From positions 1-64,000 of IMG/VR virus record IMGVR_UViG_3300007960_000014: 64,000 nt of DNA; one strand, 5' to 3'. The notes beneath the pieces are model-generated. The model ran no database searches. It was not told the DNA's origin and saw only the letters and a program-made list of their open reading frames with translations. Below are positions 8,714-18,501 of this stretch, in pieces. Made by a program: the position numbers and the translations under genes. This DNA is from a virus. Positions within the stretch are counted from its first letter, which is position 1; the number at the start of each line of letters is the position of its first letter.

Positions 8714-9896
8714 GTTTCTTCATAGCCTCTGCTTTGTATCCCATCAGTTGCTTGTACAGATGGTACCGCTCTCTTACATGATTGTTAATGTTGAATCGCT
8801 CATTTACGATTTGTCGTAAGTTCTCTCCCATTTGCTTACGTAATTTTTTATCTTTGTGAAGCAATGTAAGTTTCTTTACCCACTCGCTCTTAGGAGCTCC
8901 ATCAGGAATGAGGAATCCAGTCTCACCATCTTTAATAGTTTCGGCATAGCATCCAACGTCGCTAGCAACGAGAGGAACCCCGTACCTACCACACTCCATT
9001 AATTTGATATCAGATTTAGAATCGTTAAAGTTATTCATTTGTAGAGGAGCGATACTAATATCCATATCTCTATACATCACTCCGTAATGTTCTCCGTTCA
9101 TAGCATGACCAAAGAATATGTTTTTTCTTTGTTTCATTGGGACGCCGTACATTAGATGTCTCTCATATGCATCCCAAACGTCTTGTTGCCAATCTTTTTT
9201 TTCTCCTTTTTTCAGTGGAGGTCTGCCATGGAACGTCCATCGTAAGTTCTCTGCTCCAACCTTGGAGTTCATCCCTAAGATTACGCTTCTAAACTCTTTA
9301 ACATCTTCCTCGTGGTGGATGCCCCCCACCCAACCGATTCTGGTCATCCTTTTTTGTGGAGCGGGTTGCCACGGAACATTCCAGCAAGGTAGGTCGTAAT
9401 CAATAGCATTTTTGATTACGACGAGTGCCTTTGAGCAGAAAGGTTTAATTCTTTCTGCAAACTTAGATTGAGTAACACTAACAAGGTCCGCATTCCAATA
9501 GAGAACCTTCGATGCCTCATCTAACTTCTGTTCTTTATACACATCATACAACCGATGCCCTGTATAAAGGTCTGTTAATAAATCATCGGTGTCGTAGTGA
9601 GTGAACTTACCAAGCTCAGCTGCTTTAGCTAGAATATTTACTGTGTAAGCTCCTCCACGCGAGTGAATGTTGTGCGTAAAGACAACATCCGCCCACTTCA
9701 TATTTTCGAATTCGAAGTCCTCCGGAGTACACCTTTTTTCATCGTCGTACCCCAGAGGATTATCGTCAAAGCGAACCTCGACTACGTCTCCGCACTTTTC
9801 CGCCAGCTTTTTCATGGGCATGAGTATTCTATAGTACGCACATCCACCATGGTTAGCAGGGCAGCACAGAATACGTAGTTTTCGGTCCTTTTCCAT
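8685..9896 (-). CDS. GT4-like (GT-B) glycosyltransferase
   Basis: GCAYYRI..P, YDTDD, IKNAID, IGWVGG, DISIAPL..NNFNDSKSDIKLME, PLVASDVGCY, DGETGFL. Confidence 0.85.
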   Translation of the reverse strand: MEKDRKLRILCCPANHGGCAYYRILMPMKKLAEKCGDVVEVRFDDNPLGYDDEKRCTPEDFEFENMKWADVVFTHNIHSRGGAYTVNILAKAAELGKFTHYDTDDLLTDLYTGHRLYDVYKEQKLDEASKVLYWNADLVSVTQSKFAERIKPFCSKALVVIKNAIDYDLPCWNVPWQPAPQKRMTRIGWVGGIHHEEDVKEFRSVILGMNSKVGAENLRWTFHGRPPLKKGEKKDWQQDVWDAYERHLMYGVPMKQRKNIFFGHAMNGEHYGVMYRDMDISIAPLQMNNFNDSKSDIKLMECGRYGVPLVASDVGCYAETIKDGETGFLIPDGAPKSEWVKKLTLLHKDKKLRKQMGENLRQIVNERFNINNHVRERYHLYKQLMGYKAEAMKKHAEQSNSNS

Positions 9897-10654
9897 TAGA
9901 CGTTAACGTCCTTTAAGTTTTGCAGAAAACTATCGCCGTCATCGGAAGATGAATCTTCGTGAGTGGGCGCAGGGCGTTCAGGTCTAGTGATAGATTCAAT
10001 CTCCATAGCAAGAGACTTCAACTCATCGTATTCAGGAAGTTTGATAAGGGCATGAATATCATGCAACTCATCCATCCAAGTTGAAACTTGAGCTTCCGAA
10101 CCTGCTGGAGTGCTCTTCGGACGAGGAGCAGACTTGTCGTAGTTCGGGAACCCACCGATTTGTTCCTTGATGATTTTAAAATCCCAACCAGAAGCAACAT
10201 CAGTAATGTCGCCATAATCTTCATCAAAGAATGAATCTAGAATCTTACTGAACAGCTTTTGTCCCACGGATAGAATCTTAACACTCTCGTCTCTTCGGTC
10301 AACAACGTTCATATAAAAACGCTTGCGAGCCTTAATCTGACGAGCAGTATCAATCAGTGGTTGAGCTGCTGGGTTTTCTTTTCCAAGTTCGTTAACCTGC
10401 TTCCACAAACCGTAGTAAGTATCGCATACAGGACACTTGCCACCTTTCTCTCGCGGACAATGATAGTTCTTGTCGTTGATTCTGTGGATAGAAGTTTCAG
10501 AATAGAATTGACCATCAGGGTCGTTCGGCGGTAGGACTCTAACGTAAGAAGTTCCATCTTCCATCATGAAAAACTTCTTAAGAAATTCTTGGTTTCCTCC
10601 ACCAGGATTATTAATTTGTTGATATTTTTTACGTAGTTCGTCAATGTTAACCAT
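9896..10654 (-). CDS. gp32: Single-stranded DNA-binding protein, T4 gp32-like
   Basis: VRVLPP, Zn site H...C.....CPVC, acidic C-terminal tail; next to UvsY and helicase genes. Confidence 0.8.
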   Translation of the reverse strand: MVNIDELRKKYQQINNPGGGNQEFLKKFFMMEDGTSYVRVLPPNDPDGQFYSETSIHRINDKNYHCPREKGGKCPVCDTYYGLWKQVNELGKENPAAQPLIDTARQIKARKRFYMNVVDRRDESVKILSVGQKLFSKILDSFFDEDYGDITDVASGWDFKIIKEQIGGFPNYDKSAPRPKSTPAGSEAQVSTWMDELHDIHALIKLPEYDELKSLAMEIESITRPERPAPTHEDSSSDDGDSFLQNLKDVNV

Positions 10655-10673
10655 TAGTTATTACCTCAGTTTA

Positions 10674-11114
10674 TTAAAGTTCATGTAGTTTAATTTCCGC
10701 CCTTTTGTTAGCGGACATCTGAACCAACATATCTTTTTGATGGTCCAAAGAAGAGACTAGATTTTTAGCTAAGTTATATTTATGTTGAGCGTCTCTTACA
10801 ACAGAAGACTGCTCTCGTAAAGAGGGCACTGTCTTCAAGTAAGCGTCTAAGGCTCTATCAGTTGCTTTTTGTCCAGACTCTTGTAGTTCTTTTCTTCTTG
10901 CTTCTCTGCAAAGAGCTTCTTGATAATCGAAGTCTGCTTCCGCGTCGTTTAAAACATATTTTGCATGGGCTAGCACCGCTCCAAAAAAAGCATAGATAGA
11001 TGTATGTTTTTGTAGGCAAACATCCATGTTTTGGTCGGATACAGAGAGATAATCTTTCGCAAACTTTAAGTACAAGTCTTTGATGTTATCATACGCTTCA
11101 GTTATATCATTCAT
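10674..11114 (-). CDS. uvsY: UvsY-like recombination mediator
   Basis: 146-aa all-helical protein with KATDRALDAYL motif, located between helicase and SSB. Confidence 0.55.
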   Translation of the reverse strand: MNDITEAYDNIKDLYLKFAKDYLSVSDQNMDVCLQKHTSIYAFFGAVLAHAKYVLNDAEADFDYQEALCREARRKELQESGQKATDRALDAYLKTVPSLREQSSVVRDAQHKYNLAKNLVSSLDHQKDMLVQMSANKRAEIKLHEL

Positions 11115-11439
11115 CGCTACTAAATATAAAAGTAAAAAGTTCTTTATTTTGACCCCATAATACCTGCAACATATTAGAAGTTACGGTAGTAATAAATTCA
11201 TTACCAATTTGAGGCATCTCGTCGTCATCACCTAAACCCCATAAGTCCAAACCAACATGAATAATCTCATGTAGTAAAGTTCCTTTGTAATCAACCTCGC
11301 TCTGGTTAGGGTCTACAGTTATAGTTGCTTTAGGAAACTCAACACACCCGTATAAACTATCCTTAGTTAAAGGTTTTTGAACTATCTTAAAATCTTTATG
11401 TCCTGTGTGTAGGACTTCCGGGTGCTTCCATTTCTTCAT
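11107..11439 (-). CDS. Small zincin-like (HExxH) metallopeptidase-fold protein
   Basis: LYG, I.VD, TLLHEIIH, distal NE. Confidence 0.65.
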   Translation of the reverse strand: MKKWKHPEVLHTGHKDFKIVQKPLTKDSLYGCVEFPKATITVDPNQSEVDYKGTLLHEIIHVGLDLWGLGDDDEMPQIGNEFITTVTSNMLQVLWGQNKELFTFIFSSDE

Positions 11440-12725
11440 TATGCATCCTCAGAGATTACAAGCCTGTCGTAATCAATCTTTACGTTAACACAGAATCTAG
11501 CTCTGCCGTTCCTAGATTTCATCAAATACAATCGAGCTTTCTTCTCATCGAATTCTTGCTCAGATTGATTGATTGAGAATGCCAAATCACAAACACGAAT
11601 CTTACCATAAGAATCGGCAAGCTCTGCATCTGTAATAAGATTTACTTTCTTACCCTCTCTGTTGGTTTGAGTAGCTGTCCAGACCAAGCACTTATATTCC
11701 GTAGCCAGACCCCTAAGCTCTTGAGCGCACCTCTCTTGCGCCTGATATTCTTTTGCTTGTCCATCGGTGGACATCAACTCCAAGTAATCAATAATGATTA
11801 CATCAGGAACAAAGTCGCTGTAATTGCTTAATTGGTTTAGGAAGGCTCTAAGGTTTGATACTGTGCATCGCTTAGTAGGGAACTCTTTAATAATTAGCTT
11901 TCCTCTATTAGAGATTTGAGTTGAGACAGTATCCAACCTTTGCTTCAGGTCATCAATACGAGACTTCAACTGTCTCTGTTCAATGCGGGTAAAGATGCTA
12001 TCAAGTCTTTGTGCAACTCTATCTTCAGACATCTCAAGAGAAACATAAAGAACATTCTTGCCGTCCATACAGCTTCGCACCGCTTGGTTAGCCAAGAACA
12101 AAGACTTACCCACGCCTGGAGGAGCCACAACCATAGCCATTTCTTTAGCAGCCAAACCTCCTTCAAGCTCTCTGTTGATAGTCTCAAAGGGAGTTCGGAA
12201 CTCAGCGGCTACAGACTCGCTTGTAATACGCTCCCAGCGCTCATCAATGTCCGTAAAGTAATCGATACCTAAATCTACATTCCTATTGATAGAAAGCGCA
12301 CTACGAAGCTCAGATTCAATCTGAGAGAAGTTGGGCTTTGGTTGTTTAAGAACCTCAATAGAGTTCAGAATGGCACTTTTCATAGCCTCCGACTTAGCAA
12401 AGTCCTCAACCTTATCCAACAGGTAGTTGCTGTTATCTATTGCGGAAGTATCTAGAGAATTGATTGAGTCTATCTCATCCCGATAATCCCCCATCAACTC
12501 ATTAGAAGTCTTAATATCTTTAATACCTTCTAAGATTTGGTCGTCGCTAGGGAGATTCTTATACGCCTCATAGTGATTAGTAATCACAGTGTATATCTTC
12601 TGATGAGAGGGGAATTCAAAGTACTCCGCCTTAATCATAGGCATAGATTGAACTAAGAAATCTTGGTCTGATTTTACCAAGTAAAGGATTCCCTTTTGAA
12701 TTGATTCTTGAAATTGATACGCCAT
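11439..12725 (-). CDS. gp41: Replicative DnaB-family helicase (T4 gp41-like)
   Basis: Walker A APPGVGKS, YVSLEMSE, IIKEFPT, IIIDYLELM, WTATQTNR, LADS, KSRNG. Confidence 0.92.
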   Translation of the reverse strand: MAYQFQESIQKGILYLVKSDQDFLVQSMPMIKAEYFEFPSHQKIYTVITNHYEAYKNLPSDDQILEGIKDIKTSNELMGDYRDEIDSINSLDTSAIDNSNYLLDKVEDFAKSEAMKSAILNSIEVLKQPKPNFSQIESELRSALSINRNVDLGIDYFTDIDERWERITSESVAAEFRTPFETINRELEGGLAAKEMAMVVAPPGVGKSLFLANQAVRSCMDGKNVLYVSLEMSEDRVAQRLDSIFTRIEQRQLKSRIDDLKQRLDTVSTQISNRGKLIIKEFPTKRCTVSNLRAFLNQLSNYSDFVPDVIIIDYLELMSTDGQAKEYQAQERCAQELRGLATEYKCLVWTATQTNREGKKVNLITDAELADSYGKIRVCDLAFSINQSEQEFDEKKARLYLMKSRNGRARFCVNVKIDYDRLVISEDA

Positions 12726-13243
12726 TATTTTCCAGTAGAACCGAAGCCACCAGAGCCCCGTTCAGTATTATTATAGTCCTGGAATTCATCAAAAGAAACA
12801 CTTACTAGTGGAGGTTTTACAACAGGTCTAATTAGAACTTGTGCAATCCTGTCTCCTTTGTTGATAAAATGCGGCGTATCGCTTAGATTAGTTAGAAGAA
12901 CTTTAATTTCTCCTCTGTAATCTGAATCAATAATACCTGGGGAATTTGGAATGGTAATTCCTCGCAACCCCAAAGAGCTTCTAGGGGTAATCTCCGCTAC
13001 CATGTTTTCTTGTAGCGCAAAATACAACCCCGTACCTACTACCTTGGTTTCCCCTATGTCTAAAAATACGGAATCATCCGATGCGATATCAAAAGCGGCT
13101 GCGCCAGCTGTCTGATACCCAGGAAATTGATTTTCCGATTCGTTATAAATAATTACGTCGCCTAAATCCACTGCTTTATACCCCACATAAGTGTAATCAG
13201 TCCACTTTTTTGTTTTTCCCCATGTATTCATAGTCTTTCTCAC
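12725..13243 (-). CDS. dut: Trimeric dUTP diphosphatase (true start probably further downstream)
   Basis: All five motifs present: AAFDI, PRSS, GIIDSDYRGEI, GDRIAQ, RGSGGFGSTG. Confidence 0.95.
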   Translation of the reverse strand: MRKTMNTWGKTKKWTDYTYVGYKAVDLGDVIIYNESENQFPGYQTAGAAAFDIASDDSVFLDIGETKVVGTGLYFALQENMVAEITPRSSLGLRGITIPNSPGIIDSDYRGEIKVLLTNLSDTPHFINKGDRIAQVLIRPVVKPPLVSVSFDEFQDYNNTERGSGGFGSTGK

Positions 13244-13676
13244 TTAAATTTTCTACTGCTCTTTTTGCCATATTTTCAGATGCCTTCTTCCTCAGCTTGG
13301 CTTCTTTCTTGTCTACCTTCCGAACTACACCCTGCTTAGCGAGTTCTTCGTATGGAACCTGCCTTTCAGAATACGGTGAAGCTCCCTTGTTCGCATCTTT
13401 AAGAACTTGCTTAGTGTTTTCAATCTCTCCTTCTAGCCATTTCTCTTCATGCTCTTTGTTGCCTACGCCATAGTTATGATAAAACTTTGGAGTGCCCCCC
13501 TTTATGAGAAGACCCACGCCTTTGTCGGAGGGACGAGTCTTTGAGTCGTCCCAAGTCCTAGGGCAACCTCCTTTGCCGCATTCAGGGCACTCAGAAGGCT
13601 CCTCTCTATCATCATACGACCTTAGTTCAGTATGATTCATAAGGCACTGCTCGCAATAGTAATTGTAAGTTGGCAT
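13197..13676 (-). CDS. FmdB-family zinc-ribbon protein
   Basis: MPTYNYYCEQC...CPECG; TAATG overlap with the nrdJ stop. Confidence 0.8.
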   Translation of the reverse strand: MPTYNYYCEQCLMNHTELRSYDDREEPSECPECGKGGCPRTWDDSKTRPSDKGVGLLIKGGTPKFYHNYGVGNKEHEEKWLEGEIENTKQVLKDANKGASPYSERQVPYEELAKQGVVRKVDKKEAKLRKKASENMAKRAVENLSEKDYEYMGKNKKVD

Positions 13677-15580
13677 TATAGTTCGCACACTCCGTCAACA
13701 CAAGTTTCTACACTTTCAACCTGCTCTTCCAGTTTACCTTCTTGAATAAGTTTATCCAAATTAATGGTAGTATGGTCCACTGCTTCCAAAGGCTCGTTAC
13801 CTCTAGAGCCAGCTCGATAAAAAGTAAACCCTTTCATATCATTAGCATACATCAGCAGGTCATCGTACAGATTTTCGGGCTTGAAGTCCGCAGGAAGGTT
13901 GCACGTTTTAGATACCGCTGAATCAATATATGATTGCACTACAGCCTGTACCTTAATGTGCTCCTCTGGGGTAACGTCATACGCGCCGACACAATGTGAG
14001 ATATCACGACCACGCATATAGAGTTGCTTAAACAGAGGGTCAACCACAAACGTCTCATTCCAGACACCATCAGTGCCAGTCCTCCAACGACGCTTATAGA
14101 CAGGGGCAAATATGGGTTCGAGACCAGTCGAGACACCCAGAACCATACTGATAGTTCCAGTTGGAGCAACTGTAAGTAGAATGGCGTTTCGGAGACCATT
14201 CTTCTTAATGTCTGAGCGAATCCTAGAAGGCAACGTTTTAAAATACTTTTCATCCTTTAATTTGTTCCAGTCGTATGCAGCAAAGCTACCTTTCTCTTTT
14301 GCAAGATACATCGAAGCCTTGTATGCCTCGTTTCTTATTGTAGCGAATAACCGTTCCAAGAACTCCAAGCAATCTTCCGAGCCATACTTGTAACCCGCTT
14401 TGATGAGTAAGTAGTGTAGTCCGGTAACGCCCAGTCCGATTCGACGGGAACGCATTCCTCCTTCTTCACATTCCGGAATTGGGAAATGGTTCGCCGTGAG
14501 AATGTTATCCAAGAACCGAGTACCCGTGCGAATCGTACGGGCAAGCCTACGCCAATCGATAGTGCCGTCCATGTCAACCATGTTAGCCAGATTAACGTGA
14601 CCAAGACAACAGTTGCCATATGCAGGAAGCACTTCCTCACCACAGGGGTTAGTAGAAGGCATGTGCTCAAAATAAGAAACGTTAGTAAATTCGTTAGCAA
14701 AATCAATGTTGAAGATTCCAGGTTCTCCGGATTCAATAGCGTTATCTACGATACGCTCCCAGAGTTCCCTGGCGCGGATTTCTTTCTTCTTCGCTCCTGT
14801 AAATGTATCCGCGTAATGTTTAAGGTGGTGTAGCTTGGCTCTGCCTAATGCATCCTCCTCGCTTTTGGCAACCACAGCCACAGTATCATTGCCCGACTCA
14901 GATGTGCGCTCAACTTCATAAACAAAATACTGATTTTGTCTACCTCCAAAAGTGAAGTACCATTCTTCATCTCTTTCAACCGCCTCAACAAACCGCTTAG
15001 TGATTGCTACTGAGACGTTGAAATTAGTCAGTTCATTTCGGTCGAGTTTTACATGTAAAAACTCTAGGAAATCTGGGTGGGTGATATCCAGAATAGCCAT
15101 CAACGCTGTACGTCGATTCTTTCCTGCTCTGACATGGTGACCAATCTCATTAATCATTCTCATGACCGAGATAGAACCGGGAGCGGAATTTTTAATGTTC
15201 TGAATATTGTCTCCCTTAGGACGAATCTTAGAGAAGTTGAAGCCAATGCCACCACCGCCACAAGAAATCTTATACATATCGGAGATAACTTTACCGATAC
15301 TTTCTACAGAATCCTCAGGGTCGAGAACGTAGCAGTTGAGCATGTTCTGATGACTACGCCCTGCGCCAAACAAAATACGACCACCGGGACAGAAGTCTCC
15401 GCTATTAATAGCTTCGTAGAACTTCTGCTCAAACCTCTCTCGGTTCTCAGGGAACTCAGGGTCAGAAGCAGCTTTAGCTACTCTACGCGCACACTCTCTC
15501 CAGGATTTTTCACCTGGATATGCGTACTTGTCCATGAAGATAGTTTGCGCAAGAGAATTTTCTGGAATCTCATATGCCAT
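13676..15580 (-). CDS. nrdJ: Class II (adenosylcobalamin-dependent) ribonucleotide reductase
   Basis: PGGRIL, NCYV, GGGIG.NFS.IRPKG, RRTA.M, TNPCGE, CCLGH.NL, RRIGLG..GL, APTGTIS, GLEP, AVSKT.N, C-terminal CVDGVC; no ATP cone and no beta subunit nearby. Confidence 0.9.
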   Translation of the reverse strand: MAYEIPENSLAQTIFMDKYAYPGEKSWRECARRVAKAASDPEFPENRERFEQKFYEAINSGDFCPGGRILFGAGRSHQNMLNCYVLDPEDSVESIGKVISDMYKISCGGGGIGFNFSKIRPKGDNIQNIKNSAPGSISVMRMINEIGHHVRAGKNRRTALMAILDITHPDFLEFLHVKLDRNELTNFNVSVAITKRFVEAVERDEEWYFTFGGRQNQYFVYEVERTSESGNDTVAVVAKSEEDALGRAKLHHLKHYADTFTGAKKKEIRARELWERIVDNAIESGEPGIFNIDFANEFTNVSYFEHMPSTNPCGEEVLPAYGNCCLGHVNLANMVDMDGTIDWRRLARTIRTGTRFLDNILTANHFPIPECEEGGMRSRRIGLGVTGLHYLLIKAGYKYGSEDCLEFLERLFATIRNEAYKASMYLAKEKGSFAAYDWNKLKDEKYFKTLPSRIRSDIKKNGLRNAILLTVAPTGTISMVLGVSTGLEPIFAPVYKRRWRTGTDGVWNETFVVDPLFKQLYMRGRDISHCVGAYDVTPEEHIKVQAVVQSYIDSAVSKTCNLPADFKPENLYDDLLMYANDMKGFTFYRAGSRGNEPLEAVDHTTINLDKLIQEGKLEEQVESVETCVDGVCEL

Positions 15581-15867
15581 TACTTTTTCTCCTTCTTGCG
15601 AACTATTGCTTGAATATCGTCCTCTGTGATGAGGACGTACTCGTGCCCGTCCCGATTAATCTTCACACCAGAATACTCATCAAAAACTACATACTCCCCA
15701 GGCTTAATATTATCGCTAACGTCAAACCCAAGAGCCATAATAACTCCTTCGTTAATTTTTTTATCCCTAACTTCGTCGGGCAAAATAATGCCTCCAGCGG
15801 TCTTCTCTTCATGAAATACCTTTTGCTGAAGGACAAGAATCTTCTCTTTGTATGGTTCCAAATTCAT
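15580..15867 (-). CDS. groES: Co-chaperonin GroES
   Basis: L.P..., EEKTAGGIILPD, G.I.A.G, PGEYVVF.EYSG, E.DI.A. Confidence 0.92.
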   Translation of the reverse strand: MNLEPYKEKILVLQQKVFHEEKTAGGIILPDEVRDKKINEGVIMALGFDVSDNIKPGEYVVFDEYSGVKINRDGHEYVLITEDDIQAIVRKKEKK

Positions 15868-15881
15868 TGTATTTTTATAAG

Positions 15882-17492
15882 CTAATTATGTAGTATTTTA
15901 GTGATACCGTTACGTTTTATTACTTTAAACGTATCAGCTTCGTCCTCTATTAAAGAGTTCAAATAATCATTATGGGTAATAATAAATAACTTTTTGTCTT
16001 GAGTAATCAAATTAATCAATTCGTACAACCCTTTCACCCCTTCGAAGTCTAGTGAGTCTGCTATCTCATCAAAGAAAATTAGATTGGGTCTTTCTTTTCC
16101 AGTCACCACTAGCAAGTCATTAAGTGCCATGGTAACAGCCAAGGAGCATCTTTTCTTTTCTCCCCCAGACATGGAATCAAAGTATATTTCGTTGCCGTTA
16201 GAATAAAAGGTATCTTTTAGAGAATCATCAAACTCCACACTTATATTACCTGAACTCACAACACCAAGGTAATGATTAGCTCGTTCGTTAAAGAATTCCA
16301 AGATGTTTCTAATAACATACTTGATTAATCCGTTTTCTGAAAAAGCATATTCCCAAAACCTCATGATATCATATTGTTTTTGATGAACAGCAACTTTGTC
16401 TGCATGTTGTTTGCTCAGCTTTCTAGCTTTTCTTTTTTGCGCCCTCAGAACTTTAAGAGACGACTCAACGTTTATAAGTTTCTCCACTATATCAAAATCG
16501 GCGCTAGTTATAGGGACTGTAGTCTCGTCTATCTTAGCAGATAAGTCTTTTATTTCTTTTCTTTTTTCTGCTATCTCCTCGGACATCTCATGTATTTTAT
16601 CTCCAAGGAGTATCTTTTTCACCTTATCCTCTGGGTCCACGAACCCACAGTTGTCGCAGGAAGGGGAAGACTCTTTAACTTTAGCTTTTAATTTTTCTTT
16701 TTCACTTAGAAGGTTCGTTAATCTCATCTCTTGGTACGAACATTCCTTATCCAACTCGTGCCTTTTGTCCTCCATCTCTTTTATCTCGGACATGGAATAT
16801 TTTGTAACGAAGGATACTTTTTCAGGAGAAAGATACTTCTTAGCTGCTTTCTTTAATTTGTTTAGCTCGGATATTTCCGTTTCAAGTTTCTTGACGGAAC
16901 CTAAGCACTCGTCCTGTAACGTTGTGGCTATCTTCTTCTCCGAAAAAGAATTAGATTTCAATCCCTTGATTGCCCCCCTGTGTTTAAAAATGTCCTTGAC
17001 GCTGAGAAAGCTTTGAATTATCTCTCTCTTCTCTTCCGGGGATGCCGTTAAAAAGTTGGTAGAGTTTTGTTGTCCAAACACCATAGAAGCAAGAAACACA
17101 TTTCTGTTTGTGTTTAAAAAACTTTCTAAGTGTTGTTGAGTTTTTTGTATGGATTCTTTTGTTACATCCTCGCCTCCAGCCGTTACTATCAACCGTGGAG
17201 GTTTTTTAGTTCTCTCAATAATAACGTCATCATTAACAGTTATGGTAACTTTACATTTCCCTTTCGAATCATACCTTGTTAAATTTTTCTCGGAAGTCTT
17301 ACGCAACGTCTTTCCGAAAAGTGCAAAGACGATGGCTTCTATTACCGCGCTCTTGCCAGCTCCGTTGGAACCTTTAGGTTTAGAGTCGTGGTTATGCCCT
17401 ACAATCTGAACGAGATTAGAATAATCTTCAAAGTTTATGGCGGCTTCCTTAATGGAAAGAAAATTTTCTATTTTGATATTATTAATTTTCAT
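15882..17492 (-). CDS. gp46: SbcC/Rad50-like recombination ATPase (T4 gp46-like)
   Basis: Walker A SNGAGKS, Q-loop FGQ, zinc hook CDNC, signature MSGGEK, IFFDE, ITH. Confidence 0.9.
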   Translation of the reverse strand: MKINNIKIENFLSIKEAAINFEDYSNLVQIVGHNHDSKPKGSNGAGKSAVIEAIVFALFGKTLRKTSEKNLTRYDSKGKCKVTITVNDDVIIERTKKPPRLIVTAGGEDVTKESIQKTQQHLESFLNTNRNVFLASMVFGQQNSTNFLTASPEEKREIIQSFLSVKDIFKHRGAIKGLKSNSFSEKKIATTLQDECLGSVKKLETEISELNKLKKAAKKYLSPEKVSFVTKYSMSEIKEMEDKRHELDKECSYQEMRLTNLLSEKEKLKAKVKESSPSCDNCGFVDPEDKVKKILLGDKIHEMSEEIAEKRKEIKDLSAKIDETTVPITSADFDIVEKLINVESSLKVLRAQKRKARKLSKQHADKVAVHQKQYDIMRFWEYAFSENGLIKYVIRNILEFFNERANHYLGVVSSGNISVEFDDSLKDTFYSNGNEIYFDSMSGGEKKRCSLAVTMALNDLLVVTGKERPNLIFFDEIADSLDFEGVKGLYELINLITQDKKLFIITHNDYLNSLIEDEADTFKVIKRNGITKILHN

Positions 17493-18501
17493 AAGTTCGA
17501 ATTTGATTTAGTCCTTCTAGTAGTTCTTCTTTTGAAAAAACTACATCACTTTCATCAATGTATGTGTTTATGATGTCATCATCAATGGTTAGAAGCTTAC
17601 CTTCCTTTGAGTAGTTTGAAGTTAACTTTGGTAAAACATCATCAAATACAACTTCAAGGTGAGCCAGCGTATACTTAGAGAGGATTTCATATTTGATAGT
17701 GTTCTCGACATAAGAATCTAACGTATCTAATTTAAGGCGCAGGATAGTAAAGAAATCCTTAAACCTAAATTTAGCATTCATCTCGTCTATGTTATGTAAG
17801 CCACATGAAATATGTCGGATACCATAATCAATTTTTTTCCTATGTACCTCTACCTTTCCATCCCTAATCAAAAGAGAGGTTAGCCACTTCTGTGCATTAG
17901 CTTCTCCAAAGCTAGTTGAATATTGAGTACCTAAGATGTGGATATTGTCCTGTATCTGAGGTAGGTGGATATGACCGAGGAAAGAATACTTTCCTTTTGT
18001 GAAATGGCTACGCTTTAGGTAGGAATCATACTTATAGTTACCGTGGGACTGACAGCCGTCGTACCCGAAGTGCCCAAACATATGATTCTTTGATTCTTTA
18101 ACCGCTTTTACAATATCGCTTTCATGCTCAAAGTGCGGAATGAAATCAAAATCAACACCAGCAATTCTTTCTGTGCCGCACTCGGAGAATACTTTGGCTA
18201 TATCACTAAACAATGAGAGTGTAGTCTCTGTAGACCCACTCTTAGATATTGTGTCGTGATTTCCTCTGTTTATATAAATGTCTTGGCACTCCAAACCCTC
18301 CAACAACTCTCTGAAAGCTAGTAGCTCACTGCCTCTTGGATTGCGTCGGTGAAAGATATCACCGTTAATAACAACCGCGTCCGTGGGTTTTTGGTTTACC
18401 AAACGGGTCAGAGTGTCTACTTGAGTTTGTAAGTACCCTGGAATATAATCGCTTCTTAGGTGTAAATCCGTAAGAAGAACTACTCTTTTAGTTCTGGACA
18501 T
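17482..18501 (-). CDS. gp47: SbcD/Mre11-like metallophosphoesterase nuclease (T4 gp47-like)
   Basis: DLH, GDIFH, GNHD, GH, GHIH motifs; paired with gp46. Confidence 0.88.
   Translation of the reverse strand: MSRTKRVVLLTDLHLRSDYIPGYLQTQVDTLTRLVNQKPTDAVVINGDIFHRRNPRGSELLAFRELLEGLECQDIYINRGNHDTISKSGSTETTLSLFSDIAKVFSECGTERIAGVDFDFIPHFEHESDIVKAVKESKNHMFGHFGYDGCQSHGNYKYDSYLKRSHFTKGKYSFLGHIHLPQIQDNIHILGTQYSTSFGEANAQKWLTSLLIRDGKVEVHRKKIDYGIRHISCGLHNIDEMNAKFRFKDFFTILRLKLDTLDSYVENTIKYEILSKYTLAHLEVVFDDVLPKLTSNYSKEGKLLTIDDDIINTYIDESDVVFSKEELLEGLNQIRTYEN

Noticed and set aside
65-9896. Glycan cluster as host chromosomal DNA (prophage boundary or chimeric contig)
   Set aside because: TAATG-coupled to phage gp32, on the same strand with the same packing and the same apparent GATC/GGCC avoidance; no att site or integrase
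13939-17409. Alternative-frame and antisense ORFs over nrdJ, groES and gp46 (e.g. 15077-15613 +, 16396-17016 +)
   Set aside because: Fully overlap well-supported genes and have no motifs; shadow ORFs
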